DNA of 41,515 nucleotides from Rhodanobacteraceae bacterium (GCA_035546695.1 DASZWL010000108.1:1-41515); one strand, 5' to 3'. Shown: positions 25,601-34,651, numbered from the stretch's first letter. The notes: a model not told the origin generated them from the letters alone. Program-made: numbers and translations.

Positions 25601-28498
25601 TCACTGCGAGGATCGCGCCTGCCTGTCGTGCGCGGGTTCGTTGCCGAGCCGCGCGAGCACCCACCCGAAGCCCTTCGCGCGCGCCGTCGCGGCGACTTCG
25701 GCGGCGAGCGCATCGGCGGCGGGATCGTGCCGGTTCCGCAAGGCTTCGACAGCGGCGAGCCGACTCTCGAGCGCCCAGCCGAGCCAATGACGCTGCTCCG
25801 CGTCGTCCGCCATCGCGCGCAGATCAGCGATGCCGGCGGCGTCGCCCGAGCGCGCACGCAGCACGGCGAGCGCCCAGTCGACGACGAGCACTTCCAGCCG
25901 CTCCGTGATGCCGCGGCGCAGTTCCTTCGCGCGCGCGGCCGCGCGATCGCGCGCCGCCGTGTCGCCGAGCGCATCGGCGCAGAGCGCGAGCAGCGCATGC
26001 GCATCCGCTTCTCCGGTGTTCACCTCGGCCTTGGAGAATCCGTCCACCGAACGTTCCAGGCGCACGCGCGCTTCGGCCCAGCGCTGCTGGCCCATCTCGA
26101 CCTGCGCGAGCGTCATGTCGATGTTCGGCTGCATTAGCAGATCGTTCGAGCTCTTCGCGAGCGCCATCGCCTCTGCGAGACCGTCTTCGGCGCCCGCGAC
26201 GTCGCCGCGGTCGAGCGCGACTTCGGCGCAGTTGAAATCGACCACGATGGCGAATTGTGGATCGCCGATGTGCTTGACCGTCTCCTTGCCGCGCTTGCAT
26301 GTCTCTTCCGCGGCATCGAGATCGCCGCGCAGACGCAGGACGTCCGCGTAGTTCGCGAGCGACCACACGTCGCTGGACACGGTGCCGACCTTCTCGCTGA
26401 GCGCAAGCACTTCGCGATATTCCTCGACGACCTTGTCGCTCGCGCTCTCGTCGGCGTCCGCCGTCGCCAGCGCCTGCAGTCCCCATTTCTGCATCGGCAC
26501 GTCGCCAGTCTCGCGCGAGAGATCGAGCACGTGACGCGCCGCCGTCGCCGCGCCGTCGCGATCGCCCAAGATCCACAGCATGCGCGAAAGATCGCTGTAA
26601 GCCGCCGTCATGCCGGCCAGATCGCCGATGCTCTGGTAGCTCGACATCGCGCGCTGATATTCCTCGCGCGCGGCGTCGCCGTGATTGGCGCTTACGAGGT
26701 TCTTGCCGAGCATTTCGCGCGCCGAGGCCTCGCCGTGCGGATTGCCGTTGCGCTGATACAGCGCTATCGCCTCGCGCAGCGCTGCGTCGGCGTCGGCGAC
26801 ATCGCCGAGATGGAAGAGCGCCGTGCCGAGCCGCATCTTCGCGTCGGCGATCTGGCCCGGCGCGCCGCGCGCCTCGGCGAGCGCGAGCGCCTGCCGCGCG
26901 TGCTCGGCCGCACGTTTGACGTCGTTGCGCTCGGCGTCGATGTCGGCGGCGGCGAGCTCGACACGCGGATCGCCCGCGACATCCGCGAGCTTGCGCAATT
27001 CGGCGAGCGCGTCCGCCGCGCCAGCGAAATCCTGCGCCGACAGCGAGGCGTAGATCAACCGCAGGCGATAGTCGGGACTTTCCGGACGCAGCTTGATCAG
27101 CGCGCGAGCGACATCGGCCGCTTTCGACCATGCGTTCCGTGTCGTCTGCTGTTGCAGATCGATCTGCAGACGCTGCTCTTCCGGCAATCCCTGCGCGTGC
27201 GCCGCCGCCTGATCCGCTGCCGCGGCCGCCTTCGCGACGTAACCGAGCGCGGACCAGGCCTGCGCGAGATAGCTGTACGCCGGCGCATAAGCCGGCGCCT
27301 GCGCGATCGCATCGAGCAGTTCGTCGCGCGCGCGCGCCGGATCGTTGCGATGCAAGGCGTCGAGCGCGAAACCGATGCGGCGCGCGATATCGGCCGTCGG
27401 CGGTTGCGCGTTCGCGACGAGGCGCAGCGTCTGACTCGTCGCGGCGTCGATGTCGAAATGCTCGCGCAGGCCCGCACCGGCCTCGGCAACCAGCGCCGGC
27501 AGATCCGAGACGGCCGCATCGCGCGCGAGCGTCGCGACCGCCGCGCCGCTCTGCGCATCCTGAAGCGCGAGATCGAGCCGCACGTGCGGCGTGTCGGGAG
27601 GCCCGGAGACGAGGTAGCCGCCGCTCAGCACGTAGTCGGCGCCGAGGCGATGCCGCAGCGTCGCGAGACTCTGCATCGCGAAGCCGCCGGCGAGAGGAGC
27701 GGCGAGATCCGCATGTGCGCCGCGCACGAGCTCGTCGGGCAGGACGTAGAGCTTGCCGGCCGCGGTCATTTCGGTCGCGAGCATCTCGTCGAGCGCGGGA
27801 CCGAGCCATGCATCCTTCGCGTTCTGCGAGAGATTGTTGAATTCGACGATCGCGATCGCGCTGCCTTGACTCACGGTAGGAGCGGCCGGCGGCGCTTCGC
27901 GATGCAGGAACGAGGCGACGGCAAATGCAACGACGACGATCGCGGCCGCGATCGATGCGATCCACGCGACGCGACGGCGCGGCGCCGGAGTCGGCGACGG
28001 CGGTGCGAGACCATCCGCGGCCCTCGGCTGCGCGTCGCGATCCGCGAACGGTTCGACGGCCGGGTGCGCGGAAGTTTCCTCGCGCGGCGTGTCGGCGTCG
28101 TTCACCGCAAGCATTTCTGTCTTTGAAAGCGATGCGACCGACGAGCCGCTTGCGAGCGTATCCGCGCCGCGCTCGATGCGCTGCACGGGCGCGACGAAGC
28201 GGTAGCCGAGCTTGGGCACCGTCTCGATGCAGTGCGACTCGTGCTCGCCGCCGAGCGCCTTGCGGATCAGCCAGATGTGTTTGGTCAGGTTCGATTCGTC
28301 GACGAAGCCGCGCGGCCAGAGCGCGTGCATCAGCTCGTCCTTGCTGACGGCATGGCCGGCGCGTTCGACGAGCAGCACGAGCGTATCGAACACCTTCGGC
28401 GTCAGCGTGATCTGAGCGCCGTTCGCGAGCAGCCGACGCTCGTTCGGATCGAGCTCGAACTCGCCGAAGCGGTAGATCGGCTTTCCGATCGCCGACAT
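25601..28498 (-). CDS. Membrane-spanning one-component regulator: OmpR/PhoB-type wHTH, linker, TM, TolB_N-like domain, TPR repeats (CadC/ToxR-like topology)
   Basis: YRFGEFELD...LTPKVFDTL...VSKDELM...LWP...VDESNL...IETVPKLGYRF; TM VAWIASIAAAIVVVAFAVASFL; IAIVEFNNLS...WLGPALDEML; Ala-rich TPR-like helices. ATG 28498 follows AAGG. Confidence 0.88.
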   Translation of the reverse strand: MSAIGKPIYRFGEFELDPNERRLLANGAQITLTPKVFDTLVLLVERAGHAVSKDELMHALWPRGFVDESNLTKHIWLIRKALGGEHESHCIETVPKLGYRFVAPVQRIERGADTLASGSSVASLSKTEMLAVNDADTPREETSAHPAVEPFADRDAQPRAADGLAPPSPTPAPRRRVAWIASIAAAIVVVAFAVASFLHREAPPAAPTVSQGSAIAIVEFNNLSQNAKDAWLGPALDEMLATEMTAAGKLYVLPDELVRGAHADLAAPLAGGFAMQSLATLRHRLGADYVLSGGYLVSGPPDTPHVRLDLALQDAQSGAAVATLARDAAVSDLPALVAEAGAGLREHFDIDAATSQTLRLVANAQPPTADIARRIGFALDALHRNDPARARDELLDAIAQAPAYAPAYSYLAQAWSALGYVAKAAAAADQAAAHAQGLPEEQRLQIDLQQQTTRNAWSKAADVARALIKLRPESPDYRLRLIYASLSAQDFAGAADALAELRKLADVAGDPRVELAAADIDAERNDVKRAAEHARQALALAEARGAPGQIADAKMRLGTALFHLGDVADADAALREAIALYQRNGNPHGEASAREMLGKNLVSANHGDAAREEYQRAMSSYQSIGDLAGMTAAYSDLSRMLWILGDRDGAATAARHVLDLSRETGDVPMQKWGLQALATADADESASDKVVEEYREVLALSEKVGTVSSDVWSLANYADVLRLRGDLDAAEETCKRGKETVKHIGDPQFAIVVDFNCAEVALDRGDVAGAEDGLAEAMALAKSSNDLLMQPNIDMTLAQVEMGQQRWAEARVRLERSVDGFSKAEVNTGEADAHALLALCADALGDTAARDRAAARAKELRRGITERLEVLVVDWALAVLRARSGDAAGIADLRAMADDAEQRHWLGWALESRLAAVEALRNRHDPAADALAAEVAATARAKGFGWVLARLGNEPAHDRQARSSQ

Positions 28499-28511
28499 GT
28501 ACCTTGGCCGT

Positions 28512-28581
28512 GGCAGGAAATCTGCCAGAAAAATACCAGAGAAATCGACGCGACGCGGCGGCATGCGCGGCGCGATCGTCG
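28512..28581 (+). promoter_or_regulatory. Conserved operator/promoter module, copy 1 (core box 28512-28539)
   Basis: GGCAGGAAATCTGCCAGAAAAATACCAG-AGAAA-N7-GACGCGGC-N12-GCGATCGTCG; aligns without gaps to copies 2 and 3. Confidence 0.8.
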
Positions 28582-28632
28582 TTCCGGGCCGGGTGAACGT
28601 GCTGGCCCGGTTTCAGAAGGAGTCCGCCGCGA

Positions 28633-30135
28633 ATGCAGTCATTCGCGCCGAAGCGAATCGCGAGGTGTTGGTCTGACCGACGTCCCCGCGCCGATGGAGA
28701 AGTCCGCGTGCATGCATTCAGGTCCGGCATCGCCATCCGACGGAGCACTTGTGCCACCGCCGTTCTCGCCGCGCTGTCCGCGACGATCGCAGCAGGTCCG
28801 CGCGCGGCGCCGCCCGGCGCGCCCGAGGCCTCGGCGCCCGCTTCGATCGCGGTCACGAACTGCGACGACAGCGGCCCCGGCAGCCTGCGCGATGCGGTCG
28901 CCTCCGCCGCCACCGGCGACACGGTCGATCTTGGCGGTCTCGCGTGCAGCACGATCACGCTGACCAGCGGCGCGATCGAGATCCCGCAGGACGATCTTTA
29001 CATCAAGTACACGCCGCACGACGGGCCGCGACCGACGATCGCCGCGAACCTACAGAGCCGGATCTTCCATCACACCGGTCACGACACGCTGAAGATCGAA
29101 GGCGTCGTCCTCAACGAGGGCAAATACGACAACAGCGAGCCGTTCCAGCTCGTCGACTCGGACGGCGGCTGCATCTACTCGGCCGGCAACGTGCACGTCG
29201 TCGCGAGCATTGTCACGAACTGCATCGCGACGGCGACGCGCGGTGCGCACGCGGCCGGCGGCGGAATCTACGCCGCGGGATCGATCACGCTCGTCGAAAG
29301 CGTCGTCTCCGGCAACACCGCGACCGCGACGGCGCAGTTCAACGACGGCGGCGGCCTGTTCGCGCATGGCGCGGTCGCGATCTACTACAGCAGCGTCAGC
29401 GACAACGTCATCTACGGCCCCGGCGAATCCGGTTTCGGCGGCGGCATCGCGGTCGTCAACGCCGGCACGACGCCGTCCGTGATCGCGAACTCGACGATCG
29501 ACGGCAACGTCGCCGACATCGGCGGCGGGCTCGAGCTGAGCGGCATCGCGACGTACGGCACCGAGGCGACGATCACGAACAGCACGATCACCGGCAACAC
29601 GGCGAGCCGCTACGCGGCTGCCGGTTATTTCCGCGGACCGCTGACGATCGTCTCGAGCACGATCGCGTTCAACACGTCGTCGACGGGGCCCGCAATCGAT
29701 CTCACCTCGCACACCGATCCGGTGCGGATCGAAAGCTCGATCGTCGCCGACAACGACGACGACTCGTTCGACTACGACATCGGCGCGCAGGGTTACGCGA
29801 TCACGATCGCCGGATCGCACGATCTCGTGATCTTCGCGTCGTCCTCGATCGCGTTGCCGGACGACACGATCGCCGACGAGCCGATGCTGCTGGCGCTGGC
29901 CGACAACGGCGGACCGACGCGCACGCTGGCACTCGGCGCCGGCAGCGCCGCGATCGACCGCGGCGACGACATCGCAGGCCTGGCTTTCGATCAGCGCGGC
30001 AGCCCGTACCCGCGCATATCCGGCGCGGCCGCGGACATCGGCGCCTACGAGAGCGAATCCGCCGACGCGATCTTCGGCGACGGGTTCGACGGAGCCAGCG
30101 GCTTGCTGACTCATACGGCCGAGATGTTGCCGTGA
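28633..30135 (+). CDS. Choice-of-anchor Q domain / right-handed beta-helix secreted protein with DxIFxxGFD tail (alternative start GTG 28708)
   Basis: VTNCDDSGPGSLRDA; GGGIY/NSTIxGN repeats; LADNGGPTRT...AIDRG...DQRG...DIGAYE; then DAIFGDGFD. Confidence 0.85.
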   Translation: MQSFAPKRIARCWSDRRPRADGEVRVHAFRSGIAIRRSTCATAVLAALSATIAAGPRAAPPGAPEASAPASIAVTNCDDSGPGSLRDAVASAATGDTVDLGGLACSTITLTSGAIEIPQDDLYIKYTPHDGPRPTIAANLQSRIFHHTGHDTLKIEGVVLNEGKYDNSEPFQLVDSDGGCIYSAGNVHVVASIVTNCIATATRGAHAAGGGIYAAGSITLVESVVSGNTATATAQFNDGGGLFAHGAVAIYYSSVSDNVIYGPGESGFGGGIAVVNAGTTPSVIANSTIDGNVADIGGGLELSGIATYGTEATITNSTITGNTASRYAAAGYFRGPLTIVSSTIAFNTSSTGPAIDLTSHTDPVRIESSIVADNDDDSFDYDIGAQGYAITIAGSHDLVIFASSSIALPDDTIADEPMLLALADNGGPTRTLALGAGSAAIDRGDDIAGLAFDQRGSPYPRISGAAADIGAYESESADAIFGDGFDGASGLLTHTAEMLP

Positions 30136-30182
30136 GGCGCGCGCGGCCTCTCGTCGCACCGAATGCAACGACAAACGACAGC

Positions 30183-30252
30183 GGCAGGAAATCTGCCAGA
30201 AAAAAGCCAGAGAAAGATCGATGACGCGGCCAGGCGCGCCGCGCGATCGTCG
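30183..30252 (+). promoter_or_regulatory. Conserved operator/promoter module, copy 2 (core box 30183-30210)
   Basis: GGCAGGAAATCTGCCAGAAAAAAGCCAG-AGAAA-N7-GACGCGGC-N12-GCGATCGTCG. Confidence 0.8.
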
Positions 30253-30379
30253 GCGCGGGTTGGCCGGGCGCACCTCTCTCCTGCCTGCGGCGCACAGCGA
30301 CGGCGAACAGCGCGTCCGGTCAGCCTTCCGTTTCCGCCGCATCCGCCCGATGGCGGCACACGACAAGGAGGATCACACG

Positions 30380-30661
30380 ATGCGAAACGTTCGAAGGATA
30401 AGTCTCGCGGCCGGATTGGCTTTGGGCCTTCCGCCCTGGCTCGCGTCCGCGCAAGCGGCCGGCGGGCCGTATGTCATCGATCGGGCCGCGATCGCCGGCG
30501 GAGGTGCCACGATCGCCGGCGGCAGCTTTCGGTTGAGCGGAACGTTCGGACAGCCCGCGACGGCGCAACTCGCGGCCGGAGGCTATCGCCTCTACGACGG
30601 CTTCTGGGTACCGGCCGGTCCGCTCGACGACACGATCTTCGCCAATGGTTTCGATCCGTAA
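30380..30661 (+). CDS. Small secreted protein (93 aa): Gly-rich GGG...LSGTFGQP...GFW module plus DxIFxxGFD tail
   Basis: AAGGAGG RBS; signal peptide ending AQA; YVIDRAAIAGGG...GGSFRLSGTFGQP...GGYRLYDGFW; ends DTIFANGFDP. Confidence 0.85.
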   Translation: MRNVRRISLAAGLALGLPPWLASAQAAGGPYVIDRAAIAGGGATIAGGSFRLSGTFGQPATAQLAAGGYRLYDGFWVPAGPLDDTIFANGFDP

Positions 30662-30680
30662 TTCCGGGGAGGAATGCATC

Positions 30681-32135
30681 ATGCGTCATATCTGTATCTC
30701 GATCGCCATCGCCGCCGCTCTTTCCTGCGCGAGCGCGGCGCTCGCCGATCCGCTCGGTTCGGCATTCACGTATCAGGGTCAGTTGAACGACGGCAGCGCG
30801 CCGGCCAACGGCAACTACGATTTCCAGTTCGCGTTGTATACATCCGCCAGCGGCGGCAGCGCGGTCGACACCGTCGAGCTCGACGGCGAAACCGTCAGCG
30901 GAGGGCTCGTCAATGCCTCGCTCGACTTCACCGACGCACCGTACAACGGACAGGCGCTGTGGGTCGAAGTCAGTGTGCGCGCCGCCGGCGGCGGCAGCTT
31001 CACGACGTTGTCGCCGCGTCAGGCGATCAGCGCGACGCCGTATGCGTTGTATGCGCTGAGCGGCAACGCAGGTCCGCCGGGACCTCCGGGACCGCAAGGC
31101 GATCCGGGTCCGCAAGGCGATCCCGGCCCGCAGGGACCACCCGGCGTCGTCACGCTTCCGTTCAGCGGCAGCGCATCGAGCAATTCGGCGGTATTCCAGA
31201 TCGCGAACACCGGCACAGGCGGCGGCATCGTCGCAACCAGCGCGGGCGGCGGCATCGCCAACGCGGCGCTGAGCGCGAACGGAACCGGTATCGGTGCAGT
31301 CATCACGAACGCGTCGACCGATACCGCGCTGCTGCTCGGCAACAACATCACGGGCGGCACGGGTTATCTGATCAAGGCGTTCGTGCCGGCAGGCGAATTC
31401 CATATCGACGGTCAGGGGAATCTCTCTTCGCCGTCGACGGGATCGTTCAATACCGCCGCGGCCAACGGGGCAGCCGTCGCAGGAACCGCGTCGAGCGGAT
31501 TCGGCTTGAAGGGCAACGGCGAGACCGGCGGCTGGTTCACCGGCTCGGCCTACGGCGCGCAGATATTCAATACCGGCAGTTGCAACGGCCCGGGACAGAA
31601 CTGCACGACGACGCTGCTCGTGCAGAACACGCAGGTCGGCGATCTCATCGTGGGAAGGGCCGCCAACAACTACGTGTTTCGCGTCAACGGCAACGGCGCC
31701 GTGTTCGCCAGCGGCTACAACACCGGCGGCGCCGATGTCGCCGAATACGTTCCGTCGTCGCAGACGCTGGAGCCCGGCGATGTCGTCGCGATCGACAGCG
31801 ATGCCGGCAGCTCGTTCCGGCTCGCCGATGTCGCGAACAGCACCGACGTCGCCGGCGTCATCTCGACGCTGCCGGGCCTCACGATGAACACATCGGAAGC
31901 GGACGAGAAAGCGGCCGCTCACGAGCCGCGTCTCGCGCTGACCGGCCGCGTTCCGGTGAAGGCCACCGCGGAAAACGGCGCGATCCGTCCGGGCGATCTT
32001 CTGGTGTCGTCGTCGACGCCGGGACATGCGATGCGCGCACCGGAGAATCCGCGTCCCGGCACCGTGATCGGCAAGGCGATGCAGGCGCTCGACGGCGGTC
32101 GCGGCGAGATCGAGATGCTCGTCATGTTGCGCTGA
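30681..32135 (+). CDS. Secreted collagen-containing fibre-like protein with a C-terminal peptidase G2-like intramolecular chaperone domain
   Basis: GGAGG RBS; signal peptide ending ALA; AFTYQGQL...YDFQFALY...LSPRQ...PYA N-domain; 9-10 Gly-X-Y triplets at 31062-31151; C-terminal GADVAEY...PGDVV...GVIST...GRVPVK...IRPGDLL...VIGKA. Confidence 0.8.
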   Translation: MRHICISIAIAAALSCASAALADPLGSAFTYQGQLNDGSAPANGNYDFQFALYTSASGGSAVDTVELDGETVSGGLVNASLDFTDAPYNGQALWVEVSVRAAGGGSFTTLSPRQAISATPYALYALSGNAGPPGPPGPQGDPGPQGDPGPQGPPGVVTLPFSGSASSNSAVFQIANTGTGGGIVATSAGGGIANAALSANGTGIGAVITNASTDTALLLGNNITGGTGYLIKAFVPAGEFHIDGQGNLSSPSTGSFNTAAANGAAVAGTASSGFGLKGNGETGGWFTGSAYGAQIFNTGSCNGPGQNCTTTLLVQNTQVGDLIVGRAANNYVFRVNGNGAVFASGYNTGGADVAEYVPSSQTLEPGDVVAIDSDAGSSFRLADVANSTDVAGVISTLPGLTMNTSEADEKAAAHEPRLALTGRVPVKATAENGAIRPGDLLVSSSTPGHAMRAPENPRPGTVIGKAMQALDGGRGEIEMLVMLR

Positions 32136-32146
32136 GTCGCGGGAAA

Positions 32147-32182
32147 CCGAAGGCGATGTCCGCGTCGCGGCATCGCCTTCGG
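32147..32182. terminator. Strong hairpin after the fibre gene (no U-tract)
   Basis: CCGAAGGCGATG-N12-CATCGCCTTCGG, perfect 12-bp stem. Confidence 0.45.
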
Positions 32183-32236
32183 CGGCACGGCATTCGTATC
32201 GACTTCGAAAATCCCGTCATGCGCGTTCGACGGAAC

Positions 32237-32306
32237 GGCAGGAAATCTGCCAGAAAAATACCAGCGAAACCGGCATGACGCGGCGGGGCGCGCGGAGCGA
32301 TCGTCG
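32237..32306 (+). promoter_or_regulatory. Conserved operator/promoter module, copy 3 (core box 32237-32264)
   Basis: GGCAGGAAATCTGCCAGAAAAATACCAG-CGAAA-N7-GACGCGGC-N12-GCGATCGTCG; core identical to copy 1. Confidence 0.8.
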
Positions 32307-32369
32307 CGCCGGACCGCCGATCGTATGTCGGAGTCCGCCCGAACCATTCACCCGACAGGAGAAACTCGC

Positions 32370-32924
32370 ATGAAACGCTCGCTGTTGACCCTAATCGGCG
32401 CGCTGGCATGTGCATCGGCGTCGACCATGATCCCGCATGCGTCCGCGCAGAACGCCGACGCGCTCTCGCAGCTCGATCCACTCTTTCCGGTCGGCGACTA
32501 CACGGCCTGCACCGGAAACCTCATGGCGAGCGCGAAGCAATCCGGGCATGCCACGACCGGGCACGCCCGCGTCGAGAAGGTCCTCGGCGGCAAGTGGATC
32601 GCGCTCCACTACGACGAGGACCGCTCGCCGGCGAATTCGCAGCCATACAGCGTCGTCCAGTACATCCGCTACGACGCGACCAGCAAGCGATTCGCCACCG
32701 TCGTGCTCGACAACACGACGTCGGGCGCTCCTTACTCGACCGGCATCAGCTCCGGCTTGAACGGCAACAAGATGACGTTCGACGAGTCGTTCGCGGGCGA
32801 CAAGGAAGCGAAGTACCGCGACACGTTCACGAAAGACGGAGATGCGTTCACCCACACCGGCACGATGCTGGACAAGGACGGGAAGTGGGTCAAGACCGAC
32901 GAGGAAACCTGCCGCAAGTCGTAG
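32370..32924 (+). CDS. Secreted DUF1579-like beta-barrel protein
   Basis: AGGAG RBS; signal peptide; LGGKWI...YDATSKRF...YRDTF pattern. Confidence 0.6.
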   Translation: MKRSLLTLIGALACASASTMIPHASAQNADALSQLDPLFPVGDYTACTGNLMASAKQSGHATTGHARVEKVLGGKWIALHYDEDRSPANSQPYSVVQYIRYDATSKRFATVVLDNTTSGAPYSTGISSGLNGNKMTFDESFAGDKEAKYRDTFTKDGDAFTHTGTMLDKDGKWVKTDEETCRKS

Positions 32925-32972
32925 CGCGGCGCAGGCGTCGGCACCGGATCGCGATCGAACGGGAGAAAGCTC

Positions 32973-33677
32973 ATGAATGCTGCCGTGATCGTCCGCCGCG
33001 CGGGCTTCGAGCATCGCTTGTTCGCGCTTTCGAGCCTCGCGTTGCTGCTGCTCGCGTTCGCGGGCTTCGCGCGCACGTACTTCCTGAAGCTCGCGTTCGG
33101 CACGCCCGAGCTGACGCCGCTTCTGCACCTGCGCGGCGCGCTGATGAGCGCGTGGTTCGTGCTGTTCCTCGCGCAGGTCGGGCTCGTCGCGAGCCATCGC
33201 GTGCGCTGGCACCGCCGGCTCGGCATCGCGGGCGCCGTGCTGGCGCTCGCGATCGTCGCGATCGGGCCGATCGTGCTCGTGAACGCGACCGCGCGCGAGG
33301 TGCGTGCGCCCGACGGCGATCCGTTCTTCTTCGTCGTCTTCGCCGTGGATTCGGTGATCCTCATCGATTTCGCAATCCTCGTAGCAACCGCGATCGCGCT
33401 GCGAAAAAGAAGCGATTTCCACAAGCGCCTGATGCTGCTCGCGACCGCGAGCATCCTCTTGCCTGCGCTTGGCCGGCTCGATCTCGACGCCGCGACGATC
33501 TGGCTCGTGTTCTACGCCTGCGTGCTCGTGCCCGTCGCGATCGACACCTGGCGCCATCGGCGCCTGCACCCGGCCTTTGCCTTGGGCGCACCGCTGCTGC
33601 TCGCTTCGCAGCATCTCGCGTACTTCGGCGCGAAGACTGCGCCGTGGACGCAATTCGTCAAAGACCTGTTCGCCTGA
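32973..33677 (+). CDS. Conserved hypothetical integral membrane protein
   Basis: About 6-7 hydrophobic segments with GFARTYF, WHRRLG, HKRLMLLAT and RRLHPA motifs; GGGAG RBS. Confidence 0.75.
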   Translation: MNAAVIVRRAGFEHRLFALSSLALLLLAFAGFARTYFLKLAFGTPELTPLLHLRGALMSAWFVLFLAQVGLVASHRVRWHRRLGIAGAVLALAIVAIGPIVLVNATAREVRAPDGDPFFFVVFAVDSVILIDFAILVATAIALRKRSDFHKRLMLLATASILLPALGRLDLDAATIWLVFYACVLVPVAIDTWRHRRLHPAFALGAPLLLASQHLAYFGAKTAPWTQFVKDLFA

Positions 33678-33697
33678 ACATCCGTTTCGGAGGAATC

Positions 33698-34066
33698 ATG
33701 AAAGACATCCGTCGCGACACATTGAAGATCCGCCTGCGAATCGTCGCAGCCGCGGCCATCTGCTGCGTTCTCGGAATCGGTACCGCCTCGGCGAAGTGCT
33801 CGGACAAGGCGAGAGCGCTCGGCAAGTGTCCGCCGCCGACGCACGTGCAGCCGAAAATGAAAACGAGCGTGCATGGCGCCGGCGCGACGCCGGTCACGGC
33901 CGGTCAGCCGAAGACAGCGCGCAGGAACAGCACGCTCCCACCCGGCGTCGGTCCGTCGCCGGTCGAGCATTCCGGCAAGAACGCGCTGAACCCGCAGCCG
34001 ATTCCGCCGGGTCATCCGATCCATCCGCTGCCTGCGCCGGAAGCGAACGGACCCGGCGGCCATTGA
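33698..34066 (+). CDS. Small secreted Pro-rich protein (122 aa) with an LNPQPIPP motif
   Basis: GGAGG RBS before ATG 33698; signal peptide ending ASA; this is the C-terminal part of the 552-aa track ORF. Confidence 0.7.
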   Translation: MKDIRRDTLKIRLRIVAAAAICCVLGIGTASAKCSDKARALGKCPPPTHVQPKMKTSVHGAGATPVTAGQPKTARRNSTLPPGVGPSPVEHSGKNALNPQPIPPGHPIHPLPAPEANGPGGH

Positions 34067-34085
34067 TCCGTCGCTTCGAGGATCT

Positions 34086-34580
34086 GTGAGCGTCATGAAC
34101 GCACTCTTCCACGCCGACGCGCAGCGGTCGACGACGCGCGATGACCGGGCCTTGCGTGCTCCGGCGCGCGCGCGCCGGCTGCTCGCGCCACTGCTGGCGT
34201 TCGCGCTCTGTGCCACAGCGAGCGAACCGTCTGCAACTCACGCCCCCTCCGGCGAGATCGACTGGCAGACGAGCCCGCTCGATCTCGACCTGCGCGGCAT
34301 GAATGGAGAGCGCTACACGTTCCGTTGTCCGCCGGGCAAACCGCTGCCGAGCCGCGTGACCGGCAGCGGTCCGTATACCGACGACTCGTCGATCTGCACG
34401 GCCGCCGTGCATGCGGGCGCGATCCGCGCGAAGGACGGCGGCAAGGTTCTCATCGAAATCCGGCCCGGCCAGAACACCTACGCGGGTTCCGAGCGCAACT
34501 ACCTGCGCTCCGCCGACTACGACCACGCATGGAGCGGCAGCTTCGTCGTGCTCGATGCGGATGCGAGCGGCGCCCACTGA
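34086..34580 (+). CDS. LCCL domain-containing exported protein
   Basis: CPPG...VTGSGPYTDDSSICTAAVHAGAI...GG LCCL signature; GAGG RBS before the GTG. Confidence 0.85.
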   Translation: MSVMNALFHADAQRSTTRDDRALRAPARARRLLAPLLAFALCATASEPSATHAPSGEIDWQTSPLDLDLRGMNGERYTFRCPPGKPLPSRVTGSGPYTDDSSICTAAVHAGAIRAKDGGKVLIEIRPGQNTYAGSERNYLRSADYDHAWSGSFVVLDADASGAH

Positions 34581-34651
34581 ATCGTCTTCTTCGACACGTT
34601 CCGCGAGCGCAGCGCTCTACACGACTTCCACTTAACCCTGAGGAACACGTC

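Noticed and set aside
25824-28958. 1044-aa minus-strand ORF
   Set aside because: Arg/Ala-rich alternate frame of the wHTH-TPR regulator.
30681-32135. Prophage or tailocin tail-fibre locus
   Set aside because: The protein has a Sec-type signal peptide, and no capsid, tail tube/sheath, baseplate, lysis or integrase genes are in the window.
28512-32264. The 28-bp repeat as a CRISPR repeat
   Set aside because: Copies are 1.7-2.1 kb apart and separated by whole genes, there are no cas genes, and conservation extends downstream like a promoter.
32408-33697. N-terminal 430 codons of the 552-aa ORF
   Set aside because: Off-frame overlap of two better-supported genes; only the part from ATG 33698 has an RBS and signal peptide.
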